Source: Octopus vulgaris (lineage: Eukaryota). Taken from it: a DNA stretch of 64,000 nucleotides. Below the pieces are notes generated by a model. The model did no database searches. It saw only the letters and a list, made by a program, of their open reading frames with translations, and was not told the origin of the DNA. Location of the stretch: the NCBI GenBank assembly GCA_951406725.2, contig OX597815.1, positions 192,138,001 through 192,202,000 of the forward strand, given 5' to 3'. Made by a program: the position numbers and the translations under genes. How positions within the stretch are numbered: position 1 is the stretch's first letter; the number at the start of each line of letters is the position of its first letter. This document shows, in pieces, positions 1 through 11,801 of the stretch.

Positions 1-151
1 ATTATTGCTGTCAGTTTCTTGAAAATTGGTTATAACCCCGAAATATTGAATACAAGGTAAGTGTACATTAATTCACATATTTCTTTTCTTGTGATTTAAT
101 TTGCATTGTTTTGGCCTTACCCATGATCCTTATATATATATATATATATAT

Positions 152-495
152 ATCATCATCATCATCATCGTTTAACGTCCACTTTCCATGCTAGCATGGG
201 TTGGACGATTTTGACTGAGGACTGGCAAACCAGATGGCTGCACCAGACTCCAATCTTGATCTGGCAGAGTCTCTACAGCTAATTGCCCTTCCTAATGCCA
301 ACCACTCCGAGAGTGTAGTGGGTGCTTTTTACTTGCCACCGGCCTTGCTTGAATACTTTTACACATGCCACCAGCACAGGTGAGCAGTAAGGCGACGTTG
401 GTAACGATCACACTCGAATGGTGCCCTTTTACGTGTCACTGGCATGGAAGCCAGTTGGCTGCTCTGGCAACAATCACGCTTGGATGGTGCTCTAT
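152..495 (-). mobile_element. Family C non-autonomous retroposon (RTE-type 3' tail, no tRNA head)
   Basis: (CAT)n-CGTTTAACGTCC..TTTCCATGCTAGCATGGGTTGG...GCCCTTCCTAATGCCAACCACTCC, followed by GTGCCACCGGCAC-type modules; the same sequence recurs about 15 times in the window. Confidence 0.8.
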
Positions 496-771
496 GGCAT
501 ATAGCGCGGGCATATATATATATATATGTATGTATGTCTCATGTAATTATTGGACTGTAAGGAGGGCCATTGGGTACCATTCACAGTGTTGATTTCTCCA
601 GCAGTGAAGCAGGGTTGAGGAAAGGGATCTAGCAACTTCTTTTCACAGGAAAGCCTAAAACACCATAGAACTGTCCCAAGACAGCTCACTGTGCAATACA
701 CAGCATGACATAACTACCACCACCAACACAACAACAACAACAATAATAATGATAATAATTATTTGTACTCC

Positions 772-982
772 AGGCACCAGGCCTTGAAAATCTTTCGGGG
801 TAAGGGGTAAGGGGGTTAGTTGATTACATTGAACCCCAGTGCGTAACTGGAAAGGATGAAAGGCTGAAAGGATGAAAGGCAAAGTTGACCTTAGTGGAAT
901 TTGAACTCAGAATGTAGCAACAGGCGAATTACTGCTAAGCATTTTGCATGGTGTGCCAATGATTACGCCAGCTCACCACCTG
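772..982 (-). mobile_element. SINE family A, older variant
   Basis: GGATGAAAGGCAAAGTTGACC..GGAATTTGAACTCAGAA..GCCAGCTCACC matches the reverse complement of family A; a more decayed copy lies at ~1185-1395. Confidence 0.75.
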
Positions 983-1425
983 AAAACAATTAATAATAAC
1001 AATAATAATAATAATAATAATAATTGAACAATCTGGTGTGTTTATTTTGATGGCCTAGGTGTCAGGAAGACACTCAGCAAGAAATGGAAACAGAATTGAA
1101 AGATGATGATAATAATAATAATAATAACAATAATAATAATAATAATAATAATAATAACGATAATATTTGCAATATTAATGATTATGGTTTCTGATTTTAT
1201 GACAAGGCTGGCCATTTAAGGGAAGGGGATTAATGGATGGCATCAGCCCCCATCGCTTGACTTGTACTTTATTTAATTAAGGCCCATAAGGATGAAAGGC
1301 AAAGTTGACCTTGGCAGAATTTGAACTTGGAATGCAAACAGCCGGAAAGAGAAAAAGAATGAGACATTGGCATTTTTCTGATGGTGTAACAATTTTGCTT
1401 GTTCTCTGCTTTGTACAATGATCAT

Positions 1426-2010
1426 AATGATGATGGTGATGACAATGATGATGAGAAAAGTGATGATGATGCTGATGATGGTGGCGGTGGTGGTGATGCT
1501 GATGATGTTGATGAGGATAAGAATGATGATGATGCTGATGGTGGTGGTGGTGGTGGTGGAGATGAGAATAATGATGATGGGGCTCTAGATGGTAACGATG
1601 ATGGTGGTGATGATGATGATGGTGATGATGATGATGGTGATGATGATGATGGAGATAGGTGATGATCATGATGATGATGGTGTCGGTGGTGGTGATGCTG
1701 ATGATGTTGATGAGGATAAGAATGATGATGATGATGGTGGTGATGGTGGTGGAGATGAGAATAATGATGATGGGGCTGGAGATGGTAACGATGATGGTGG
1801 TGATGATGAGAATAATGATGATGGAGATAGGGATGGTAATGATAATGGTGGTAGCGGTGGTACTGATAACAATGATGATGGTGATGATGTGGATGGGAAT
1901 GGTAACAACGATGATGATGATGATGATAACAATGATGATGATGATGATGTTGATGAGTATAATGATAATGGAGATGATGATGATACTGATGATGATGATG
2001 ATGATGATGA
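1426..2010. repeat. (GAT/GGT)n trinucleotide low-complexity tract with an internal ~199-bp duplication
   Basis: GAGGATAAGAAT anchor at 1513 and 1712; source of the poly-His/Asp/Met ORFs. Confidence 0.9.
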
Positions 2011-2569
2011 ACCATTTCTAAAGATATGTTTGTTTGTATGTTTGTTTGTTTTCGCTTTTTAAGTTCTAACGTTTGTCTCATAAAGTTCCCACATTCCTCC
2101 TCTCTCTACTTCCAGATGTACCACCATAATAAGTTCCACTTGTCATAATGACTCCATCTGAAGACACACAATAGCAGCCATGTTGGGGCAACAAATCCAG
2201 TTATTCAGCTAATAGCCAAGATTTAGTTTCGATCGAAAACAACAAATTCAAGAACGTAAGCAATTAATTTTTATTTCAAATACATTGAAAGATATTCTGA
2301 AGAAATAATTCGAGGAATTTGACTTAGAATAAATGAAATATTACTTTAATTGGTTTTTCTTTTTTTTCTTTTTTTTTTTTGTAGTTTCCTTTTGATCGTT
2401 TATTTTCTTTTACTTTTCGTTTTTGTTTTTTGGTGAAGCAAAAACATTTTAAGTTTACACAGCGCAAAGGAATGCCAAACTGTCCGGCATCTAATTGAAT
2501 TATGTATCATAGAGTTGAAAAATAACTAACATTGTGTTGCAGTTCCTGCCATGCAAAGGGATTGTCTTG

Positions 2570-2570
<1 letters not shown>

Positions 2571-2633
<63 letters not shown>

Positions 2634-2651
2634 GCACATATATATATATAT

Positions 2652-2693
<42 letters not shown>

Positions 2694-2734
2694 ATATATA
2701 TATATATATATACACATACATATATATATACATC

Positions 2735-2765
<31 letters not shown>

Positions 2766-3249
2766 GCATACATACATATAGATACATATGCATACACGCA
2801 CATACATGCTTATATATATATGCATACACGCACATACATATATATATATACACACACATATATATATATACACACATACATATATTTATTTATTTATTTA
2901 TATACATACAAAAAACACACACATACACATATATATATCCAAGGTGCATGTGTATATATGTGTATATCTATCCACCCACTCACCCACCATTCCATTCACC
3001 CAACCACCCATTCATCTATCTGTCTACCTATCCATCTATACAAACACACACACAAACACATATTTGTATATATAGATATGTATATATATATATATGTGTG
3101 TGTTTGTGCTGTCTGTGCATGCATTTGTGTATGCACACGCATGTGTGTGTGTGTATGTGTGCATATATCTTGAACAATAACACCAAAGCCATTCAATGTC
3201 ACATGAAGGAATTTGGTATTCAGAGAGTAGAGAAACAGAGAAAGTTTCT

Positions 3250-3296
<47 letters not shown>

Positions 3297-3385
3297 TGTG
3301 TGTATATATATATATATATGTATGTATTCTATATACAAATATATATGTATATGTTTCCATGAAGCATTGTGTGGTGTATATATGA
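2571..3385. repeat. Compound (TA)/(CA)/(TG) microsatellite field
   Basis: Read directly; similar fields at ~6310-7070, 8090-8490, 15535-15880, 19460-19705, 22055-22370, 36785-37200, 43985-45090 and 48830-50540. Confidence 0.95.
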
Positions 3386-3777
3386 ATGTTATAATTTGTT
3401 TCTATAAAGCCAGAACAATGTAAGTTATAAGAAATAATAAAAGCTGATGGTTGGTACTTCTGCCCGAACAGGGAAGTGGAAGGAGGTTATTTATTTCCCT
3501 CCTCTCTCTCTCTCCTTCCCTCCCTCCTTCACTCTCTCTCTCTCTCACCTTCTCTGTTTTCCTCTCCTATTTGTCTCTTTGCATCAGTAATTCAGCGTAC
3601 AGGGGTTAGCATAGCCATGTGGTTAAGACGCCTGATTTCCAACAAATTGGCTTTGGGTTCAGTCCCATCATAGGGCACCTTGAGCAAATGTTTTCTACCA
3701 TAGCCCTGAGCTAATCAATGCCTTGTGAATGAATCTGGTAGATGGAAACTGTATGGAAACCCATATATATATATATA

Positions 3778-3908
3778 TTTCTCTCTGCTGAAGAGCATAG
3801 GCTCGAAACGTAAATGACTTTCTCACTTCCCAAGCGTTAAACTAATACATCTGTTTGTTGCTTACACACCCGTCTTTGTCTTTAGTTTTTTTGTAAATTC
3901 TCACTATA
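3778..3908 (+). mobile_element. Short TA-embedded repeat P1 with a hammerhead-like motif (Penelope pLTR-like)
   Basis: CTGCTGA-A-GAGC-ATAG-GCTC-GAAAC-GTA; homologous copy at 11195-11362 shares ACTAATACA(C/T)CTGTTTGTTG..TGTAAATT. Confidence 0.55.
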
Positions 3909-4086
3909 TCTCTATAAACTTTCTGAGTTCAAATTCTGCCAAGGTTGACTTTGCCTTTCATCCTTTCGAGGCCCATAAATTAAGTACCAGTTGCATACTG
4001 AGGTCGATCTAATCAACTGGTCTCCTCCCCCAAAATTTCGGGCCTTCTGCCTAGAGTAGAAAAAAAAAACAACACATGTACCTTGG

Positions 4087-4123
<37 letters not shown>

Positions 4124-4451
4124 TATGCGTGTGTGTTTTTTGTATGTGTATAAATAAATATATTTACTTCAAAATTGGAAACCTAGCTATCAAGCGAAGG
4201 AAGACAGCTCGCCCACCCATAATTTTTTAAGAGGAATATTTCTTGAACTATCACTGGCGTTCTTGGGTTTTTGAAAAACATTCTTTGCAGAGAACAGTTA
4301 TCATTTAGAGAAACTGAAGAGATGTCTAGTTCATGCTAGATAGGAAACCTATGATTTTTTTCTAAACTATTACATTGCGTATACAAAAATAAACTGCTCT
4401 ATATTTTATAGGGTACACTCTTCTCCTTATTTATGGTCTTATAGCGTATAT

Positions 4452-5240
4452 ATCAGCCCATTTATGAATACCCCTCAGTCAATAGACAATAAACCTTGCT
4501 TGTGAAGACCTATTGAAGCAAGTGAAATCAAAATCGCAAATGTGGTCAATGACAGTACTGCCTGATTGGCACTCGGGCCAGTGGAACGTTAAAAACACAT
4601 CCGAACGTTGGGTGTAATCAGCCCACTTATGAGTACCCCTCATTCTGTGGACCACGAACTTTGCTTGCGAAGACCTATCGAGGCAAGTGTAAACAAATCA
4701 AAATCGCTGACGTGGCCTATGACAGTATTGCCTGATTGGCACTCATGCCAGTGGAATGTTAAAAACACATCCGAGCGTGATTGTTGCCAGGACCACAATG
4801 CTGGTGGCACATAAAAACACATCTGAGTGTGATTGTTGCCACGGCCACAATGCTGGTGGCACGTGAAAAGCACCATTCGAGTGTCATCATTGCCAACGTC
4901 GCCTTACCAGAACATGTGCTGGTGGCACGTGAAAAACAACATTCGAGCGTGGTCGTTGCCAGTGCCGCCAGACTGGCTCCCATGCAGGTAGCATGTAAGA
5001 AACACTTTTTGAATGTGGTTGTTGCCAGAACTGCCTGACTGGCCCTCATGCCGGTGGAACGTAAAAGAACCCACTACACTCTCGAAGTGGTTGGGGTTAG
5101 GGAGGGCACCCAGCTGTAGAAACTCTGCCAGATCAAGATTGGAGCCTGGTGCAGCCTTCTGGCTAACCAGTCCTCAGTCAAACTGTCCAGCCCATGCCAA
5201 CATGGAAAGCGGACATTAAACGATGATGATGATGATGATG
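4452..5240 (+). mobile_element. Family C retroposon with a long modular 5' region
   Basis: ~165-bp duplicated module (4452, 4617), several GGTGGCACGTAAAA modules, then GTTAGGGAGGGCACCCAGCTGTAGAAAC...CCATGCCAACATGGAAAGCGGACATTAAAC(GAT)n. Confidence 0.8.
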
Positions 5241-5255
5241 TATATATATATATCT

Positions 5256-5394
5256 CATCATCATCATCATCGTTTAACGTCCGCTTTCCATGCTGGCATG
5301 GGTTGGATGGTTCAATTGGGGTCTGGGAAGCCAGAAGGCTGCACCAGGCCCAGTCTGATCTGGCAGTGTTTCTACAGCTGGATGCCCTTCCTAA
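5256..5394 (-). mobile_element. Family C 3' part, tail-to-tail with the preceding copy
   Basis: (CAT)nCGTTTAACGTCCGCTTTCCATGCTGGCATGGG...GATGCCCTTCCTAA. Confidence 0.8.
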
Positions 5395-6438
5395 TATATA
5401 TATATATATATGATGGGGTTTTAGTTTCACTCACAAGGCTTTGGTCAATCTGAGGCTAAGGTAGAACAAGACACTTGCCTAAGGTGCCACATAGTAGGAC
5501 TGAACCTGGAACCATGTGGTTAGGAAGTGAGCTTCTTACCATGCAGCCAATCCTGCGCTTATATATATATACATTTATAGAAGTGTATGTATTTATGTTT
5601 CTTCCCCTCCATAATGATGACCACCACCATCATTGGACAACCAATTTTTTGTTTGTTTATGTCCCTATAATTTAGTGGAACTAAAAAAAGAACTGACGGA
5701 ATAAATCCCAGAGCTAAATGAATAAATAAATAAATAAACTATTTTCAGTTTATTTGACTAATTATGGTAATGTCCAGCATGGCTACAGTTCAATGATAGA
5801 AACACATCAAAAAATAAAATTCAGAAAACAAATAGATTAAACCAGTTGTTTGAAATGAAAAAAAAAAAAAAACAAAAAAACCCTGTATCATATTTGTTCT
5901 GTCCGAGTTGCACAGAAAATCCCTTGTCGGTCTTACTGACATAAAATACATAAATATTCTGAACCAGTGATTGGTTCTTTAAAAACCTATCATTGACAGC
6001 ATTATTCTTCGCCAAATGCAATTAAAAGATAAAACAAAACAAATAATTCTAAAACAAAGAAAATAAAAGACAAACCGAATAAGGCTAAAACGGTAATTGA
6101 TTCTATTTATATTTAACATCAATGTATTGATTAAGCTGTACAAATTCCAATGCTGTTTTGTTGCTGTTGTCAGCTGAATTAGTTTATCCGGGTCTGTTTT
6201 AATAATAATTTCATAATGAACTCCCATCATAGAGTTTTAGAATGCATTGGCAATGATCCAGTGAAAAGAGAGAATGAAAGAGAGAGCCTGTCTATGGACA
6301 CTCGAATGGCTAGATATATATTTGTATATATGTATGTGTGTGTGTGTATAGATATATACACACATACATATATATGTATGTATATATATTCATATATATA
6401 TATGTATATATATTCATATATATATATATGTATATATA

Positions 6439-6476
<38 letters not shown>

Positions 6477-6586
6477 AATATAAATATATACCCGTGCTAG
6501 CACGGAAAACGGACGTTAAACGATGATGATGATGATATATATACTGATATATATAGATATGTATGTATATATATATATGTATGCAT

Positions 6587-6623
<37 letters not shown>

Positions 6624-6644
6624 AAATATATATATATATAATAT

Positions 6645-6706
<62 letters not shown>

Positions 6707-6770
6707 TTTATATATCTGTTTGTATAAAAATATCCATATATAAAGTGAAAGTTAAGCAATGATGATGATG

Positions 6771-6808
<38 letters not shown>

Positions 6809-6983
6809 GTACATTCATGCATGCATGCATACGTACATACATACATATATACACACACACATGTAAATATGTCTATACATGTATGAATAAATGTGTTCCA
6901 TCTGTCTTTTGGTCTCTCTTTGCTGTTTTGTCTGTCTATCTTTCTATCTATCTAGTCATCCTTTTAAATATAATATATATATA

Positions 6984-7033
<50 letters not shown>

Positions 7034-7281
7034 TATATACACACATACATATATATATGTGTGTGCGTATGAAAGACTGGCTTTTATTCAATGTCTAGCC
7101 TCCATCTACTGAATTCCACTCTAGGCCTTAGACACTCTGTAGTGGAATTAGAGACAGTGGTGAAACAGTGCCACACCACAATAAAACCCAACATAGAACC
7201 ACACAGATGCGAAACAATTCTCAACCACAAAAGCCATAACAGAACCTAGCCACAAAGCCATGTTGTATGACTATCTTCATT

Positions 7282-7588
7282 GTAGTGGAGGCACATGGCC
7301 TAGTGGTTAGAGCAACGGATTTGCAGTCGAGGGATCGCGGGTTTGAATCTCAGCCCGGGTGATGTGTGTGTTTATGAGCAAAACACGAAAGTTCCACGTG
7401 GCTCCGGCAGAAGGTAATGGCAAAACTTCTGCTGACTCTTTCACCACAACTTTCTCTCACTCTTTCCTCCTGCATCTTGCAGCCCACCTGCGACGGACAG
7501 GCGTCCCGTCCAGGTGGGGAATCTATACGCCAAGGAAACCGGGAAACCGGCCCTTATGAGCCAGGCATGGCTCGAGAAGGAACAAACA
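7282..7588 (+). mobile_element. tRNA-derived SINE family E (possibly octopus OR-type), full length
   Basis: A box TGGCCTAGTGG, B box GGTTTGAATCTC, (AAC)n tail, 12-bp TSD ACTATCTTC(A/G)TT at 7270-7281 and 7589-7600. Confidence 0.85.
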
Positions 7589-8097
7589 ACTATCTTCGTT
7601 CCTCAATCGTTTCATGTAACTTATATGGAAATAATATTCTTCCAAAATGTAATGCCATGAGTTTGAATTTCAGTGACATCATTACTCGACTTCAATTTAT
7701 GCTAAATGTCAAAATTTGAGAGAGAAACAAAAAAAAAAAAAAAGGAAAAATATAAAAAATATAAGTAGTAATATTTGCTATTAATTCATTTTTGCTTATT
7801 TAATTCATATTTATAAATATAGGCAGATAATTTCAAGAAGTTGAGGAAAGAAACTTTATCTATTTGAAAATCAGAAAAATGTATGTATGGAAAGTAGCTA
7901 TTTCAAATCTAAAAAGAGAGTGTCACAAATTTATTAATATTCCAGAATTATGAAGTCTGTATGTAGACTTTGGGTTGGTTTTTTTCTTTTTTATTATTAT
8001 TATTTTGCATATTTTTTGAAATATAAACCGTAAAGATTATCGTATGTTACTTAGACTAAAGAGGAACAGATAAATATATGCATTCTTCTTATATATA

Positions 8098-8145
<48 letters not shown>

Positions 8146-8366
8146 TATGTATGTATGTATGCATATAAGTGTGTGTTTGTGTGTATATTATATACATATA
8201 TATGTGTGCATTGTGTATATATGTATATATATTATGTGTGATCACTGGAAATGTGAAACTAGTTACAATGAGGGAATTACTCTGAATGTGTGAATATCTA
8301 TCTATCTATCTAATCTATCTGTCTGTCTGTCTATCTAATGTATCTATCTATATATATATGTGTATA

Positions 8367-8414
<48 letters not shown>

Positions 8415-9108
8415 CACACATATATATACACACCCACACATACATATAATATGTGTGTGTGTGTATGGACATACACATACACAACCACACAGGATGAATG
8501 AATTCATTTATAATAGAATTTTTCTCATATTTCAATATATATTGTATTTATTTATTTCGTTTAATGTAAGCCTTAATAAATCAATATTCTAAGCATTTAA
8601 AATTCTCCAGATGGGAAAAAAAAACATAGAAAAGTAAAAAAGAAAAACCTAAAAATTATAAATAACTAAATAATATAAATAATTACTGCCTTAAAAATCT
8701 TGAGTTCACAGAGAATAAAATCAATTTAAACTGATAAGAACTAGTTTATTTTTAATATATTTACCTGTAGTTACCTTTCAGCCTTCCGCTGCCAATAATA
8801 TAATCAACATTTCCCTACCCACAAATCTGGGCCTTTTATCTGTTGGAAATCAATATAGAAATCTCTAACAGCAGTTTTTGTTTAGTCACAGGTAACTCTG
8901 ACTGAACAGATTTATGATTGATGGTATTCTTGCCATGACTATTTAGTCATTATCCAATGGGACCTTGTTTTTTTAAGATAGTACAATGTGATTTGAGGGT
9001 GATTTGGTTGCTGTTTTGTATCAGAACATGTGACCACGTAGAGGTACTGGTGATGCTGGTTTTGGTGGTGGCATTTTGTCCATCTTTACAATCCTGTGTT
9101 CAAATTCT

Positions 9109-9591
9109 TATTTCTTTATTGCCCACAAGGGGCTAAGCATAGAGGGGACAAACAAGATCAAACAAAAGGATTTAGTTGATTACATCGACCCCAGTGCATA
9201 ACTGGTACTTAATTTGTTAAAAGGCGGTGAGCTGGCAGAAACGTTAGCGCGCCAGGCGAAATGCTTAGCAGTATTTCATCTGTCGCTACGTTCTGAGTTC
9301 GAATTCCGCCGAGGTCGACTTTGCCTTTCATCCTTTCGGGGTCGATTAAATAAGTACCAGTTACGCACTGGGGTTGATATAATTGACTTAATCCGTTTGT
9401 CCGTCCTTGTTTGTCCTCTCTGTGTTTAGCCCCCTTGTGGGTAGTAAAGAAATAGGTACTTAATTTGTTGACCCCGAATGGATGAAAGGCAAAGTCGACC
9501 TTGGCGGAATTTGAACTCAGAATGTAACGGCAGACGAAATACCGCCAAGCATTTCACCCGACATGCTAATGTTTCTGCCAGCTCGCTGCCT
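9109..9591 (-). mobile_element. SINE A inserted in an older SINE A and split by a younger SINE A
   Basis: 17-bp TSD TCCTGTGTTCAAATTCT at 9092-9108 and 9597-9613. Confidence 0.85.
9219..9454 (+). mobile_element. SINE family A, full length (tRNA-like head)
   Basis: GGCGGTGAGCTGGCAGAAACGTTAGC..GAGTTCGAATTCC..GCCTTTCATCCTTTCGGGGTCGA..AAAGAAATA; 15-bp TSD GGTACTTAATTTGTT at 9204-9218 and 9455-9469. Confidence 0.9.
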
Positions 9592-10073
9592 TCAGCTCCT
9601 GTGTTCAAATTCTGCCAAGCTTGACTTTGCCTTTCATCCATTTGGGATCGATAAAATAAGTACCTGTTGCATACTGGAGTTGATGAAAAAATATTTCAGG
9701 CCTTGTGCCAATAGTAGAAAGGATTATTATTGTTGTTTTTAAGGCATAGAGTGGGGCAAAAGACTTAGTGGCATTTTGTCCATCTCTATGTCCTGAGTTC
9801 AAATTCCACTGAGGTCGACTTTGTCTTTCATTCGTTCAGGGTCAATAAAAAATAGGGACCACTTGAACACTGGGGGTCGATGTAATCAACTTACCCTCTC
9901 CCCTGAAATTGCTGGCCTTGTTCCAAAATTTCAAACCTTTGTTATTGTTGCTTAATGTTCTTTAGCCCAATGTCACCCTTGATCAGATAGATCTATTATC
10001 AAAGACACTCCAGCTGTGACCATCATATTTTATCCAATAATACATCATCTGCTGCTTACTACATTGTCTAGTG

Positions 10074-10780
10074 CAGTAGTTCTCAACCGGGGTCCACATG
10101 GCCCCTAAGGGTCTGTATGAGATTCTTGGGGGTCCACACAACAAAGTAGCTTACTAAGGATCCACCACAGTATTTTAAGGGCCTCTGCAAAAGTTTTGCT
10201 TTAGATGTGTGTATTGGTGTTGTGAGAAACAATTTGGTTTCTTTCTCTAATATTTTAGTGAATGTGTGAAAAGAAAAATAGGAATTTTGAAAGGAGTTTC
10301 CATAAAACTAGTTTTAGGCACAGGAGTGGCTGTGTGGTAAGTACTTGCTTACCAACCACATGGTTCCAGGTTCAGTCCCACTGCGTGGCACCTTGGGCAA
10401 GTGTCTTCTACTATAGCCTCGAGCTGACCAAAGCCTTGTGAGTGGATTTGGTAGACAGAAACTGAAAGAAGCCCATCGTATATATGTATGTGTATATATA
10501 TGTGTGTGTTTGTGTGTCTGTGTCTGTCCCACCAACATCACTTCACAAATGATGCTGGTGTGTTTACGTCCCTGTAACTTAGTGATTCAGCAAAAGAGAC
10601 CAATAGAATAAGTACTAAGCTTACAAAGAATAAGTCCTGGGGTCGATTTACTCAACTAAAGGCAGTGTTCCAGCATGACCGCAGTAAAAGAGAGTAAAAA
10701 TCGAATGGCTATGGGGGTCCACCGTAGTAAGATAGTACTCAAAGGGATCCATATTTTTTAAAAATGGCTAATAATCCCTG
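10074..10780. mobile_element. hAT (Charlie-like) MITE containing a nested SINE B
   Basis: Left end CAGTAGTTCTCAACC, decayed right end ..GGCTAATAATCCCTG, 8-bp TSD GTCTAGTG/GTCTAGAG matching the NTCTAGAN Charlie target. Confidence 0.75.
10316..10700 (+). mobile_element. SINE family B, full length (tRNA head, CORE-like ACCTTGGGCAAGT, internal microsatellite)
   Basis: GGCACAGGAGTGGCTGTGTGGTAAG..GGTTCAGTCCC..ACCTTGGGCAAGTG..(TA/TG)n..CAGCATGACCGCAG, AAAAGAG tail. Confidence 0.88.
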
Positions 10781-10889
10781 GTCTAGAGCATCCTTCTTAT
10801 TTTAAAATGGAAGCATATAATTTTAATGAAGATTTGGCTGCTATTACTAGCAAATCACTTGAGTGTACTGAGGAAGCTTCTTCTCACTC

Positions 10890-11104
10890 ATAAACCATAA
10901 TTTTACTGTATTTCTGTTGGAATACAATACCTTTGCTTCAATTAACTTCAAAAATAATGAAAAATTTAATAAAATAGCTGTCATTATTAAGTTGTCAATT
11001 GAGACATGAAAATTTGATGGAAGGTTTTAATTCGTATCACTTTAAGACAAGTAGTAATTTGTTTCAGAGAACTGTCACAGGAAGGTTGTTATCAAAAGGG
11101 CTAA
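10890..11104. mobile_element. Possible decayed piggyBac-like MITE
   Basis: Ends TAAACC.. and ..AAAAGGGCTAA resemble TTAA-CCC...GGG-TTAA; degenerate. Confidence 0.3.
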
Positions 11105-11381
11105 TCTCTGAAGTAACGGTACAAATGGCACCGACTGTGGCGAGTCTGTATATGTGCATGAGTTTGTGTGTGTTTATTTTTATATAATATTTATTCTCTC
11201 TCTTTTTACTCTCTGTTTATTTCCTGGTGTTCCTTTCTGCTGAAGAGCTTCGACTTGAATTGTAAAAGAATTTCTCGTCTTCTCAAGCATTGAACTAATA
11301 CACCTGTTTGTTGTTTATACACCTGTCTTCATCTTTTGTTTTTCTGTAAATTTCAATTTTATATATGTATGTATGTATGTA

Positions 11382-11770
11382 TAGGCGCAGGAGTGGCTGT
11401 GTGGTAAGTAGTTTGCTTACCCACCACATGGTTCCGGGTTCAGTCCCACTACGTGGTATCTTGGGCAAGTGTCTTCTGCTACAGACCCGGGCCGACCAAT
11501 GCCTTGTGAGTAGATTTGGGAGACGGAAACTGAAAGAAGCTTGTCGTATATATGTATGTGTGTGTATATGTTTGTGTGTGTTTGTCCCCCTAGCATTGCT
11601 TGACAACCGATGCTGGTGTGTTTACGTCCCCGTCACTTAGCGGTTCGGCAAAAGAGACCGATAGAATAAGTACTGGGCTTACAAAGAATAAGTCCCGGGG
11701 TCGATTTGCTCGACTAAAGGCGGTGCTCCAGCATGGCCGCAGTCAAATGACTGAAACAAGTAAAAGAGTA
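11382..11770 (+). mobile_element. SINE family B, full length, young
   Basis: Near-consensus head and 3' body ending AGTCAAATGACTGAAACAAGTAAAAGAGTA. Confidence 0.9.
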
Positions 11771-11801
11771 TGTATGTATAAATATGTATGTATACGCAGA
11801 T

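Noticed and set aside
1277-2081. Poly-His / acidic Asp-rich ORFs (biomineral-like)
   Set aside because: (GAT)n tract with overlapping frames on both strands; the same applies to 29953-30546 and 32416-32989
2500-3423. [12 protein letters not shown] ORFs throughout the window
   Set aside because: Translations of dinucleotide microsatellites
7282-7360. tRNA genes at SINE heads (also 52424 and 56008)
   Set aside because: A/B boxes are present, but they continue into SINE bodies with TSDs and lack a proper acceptor stem
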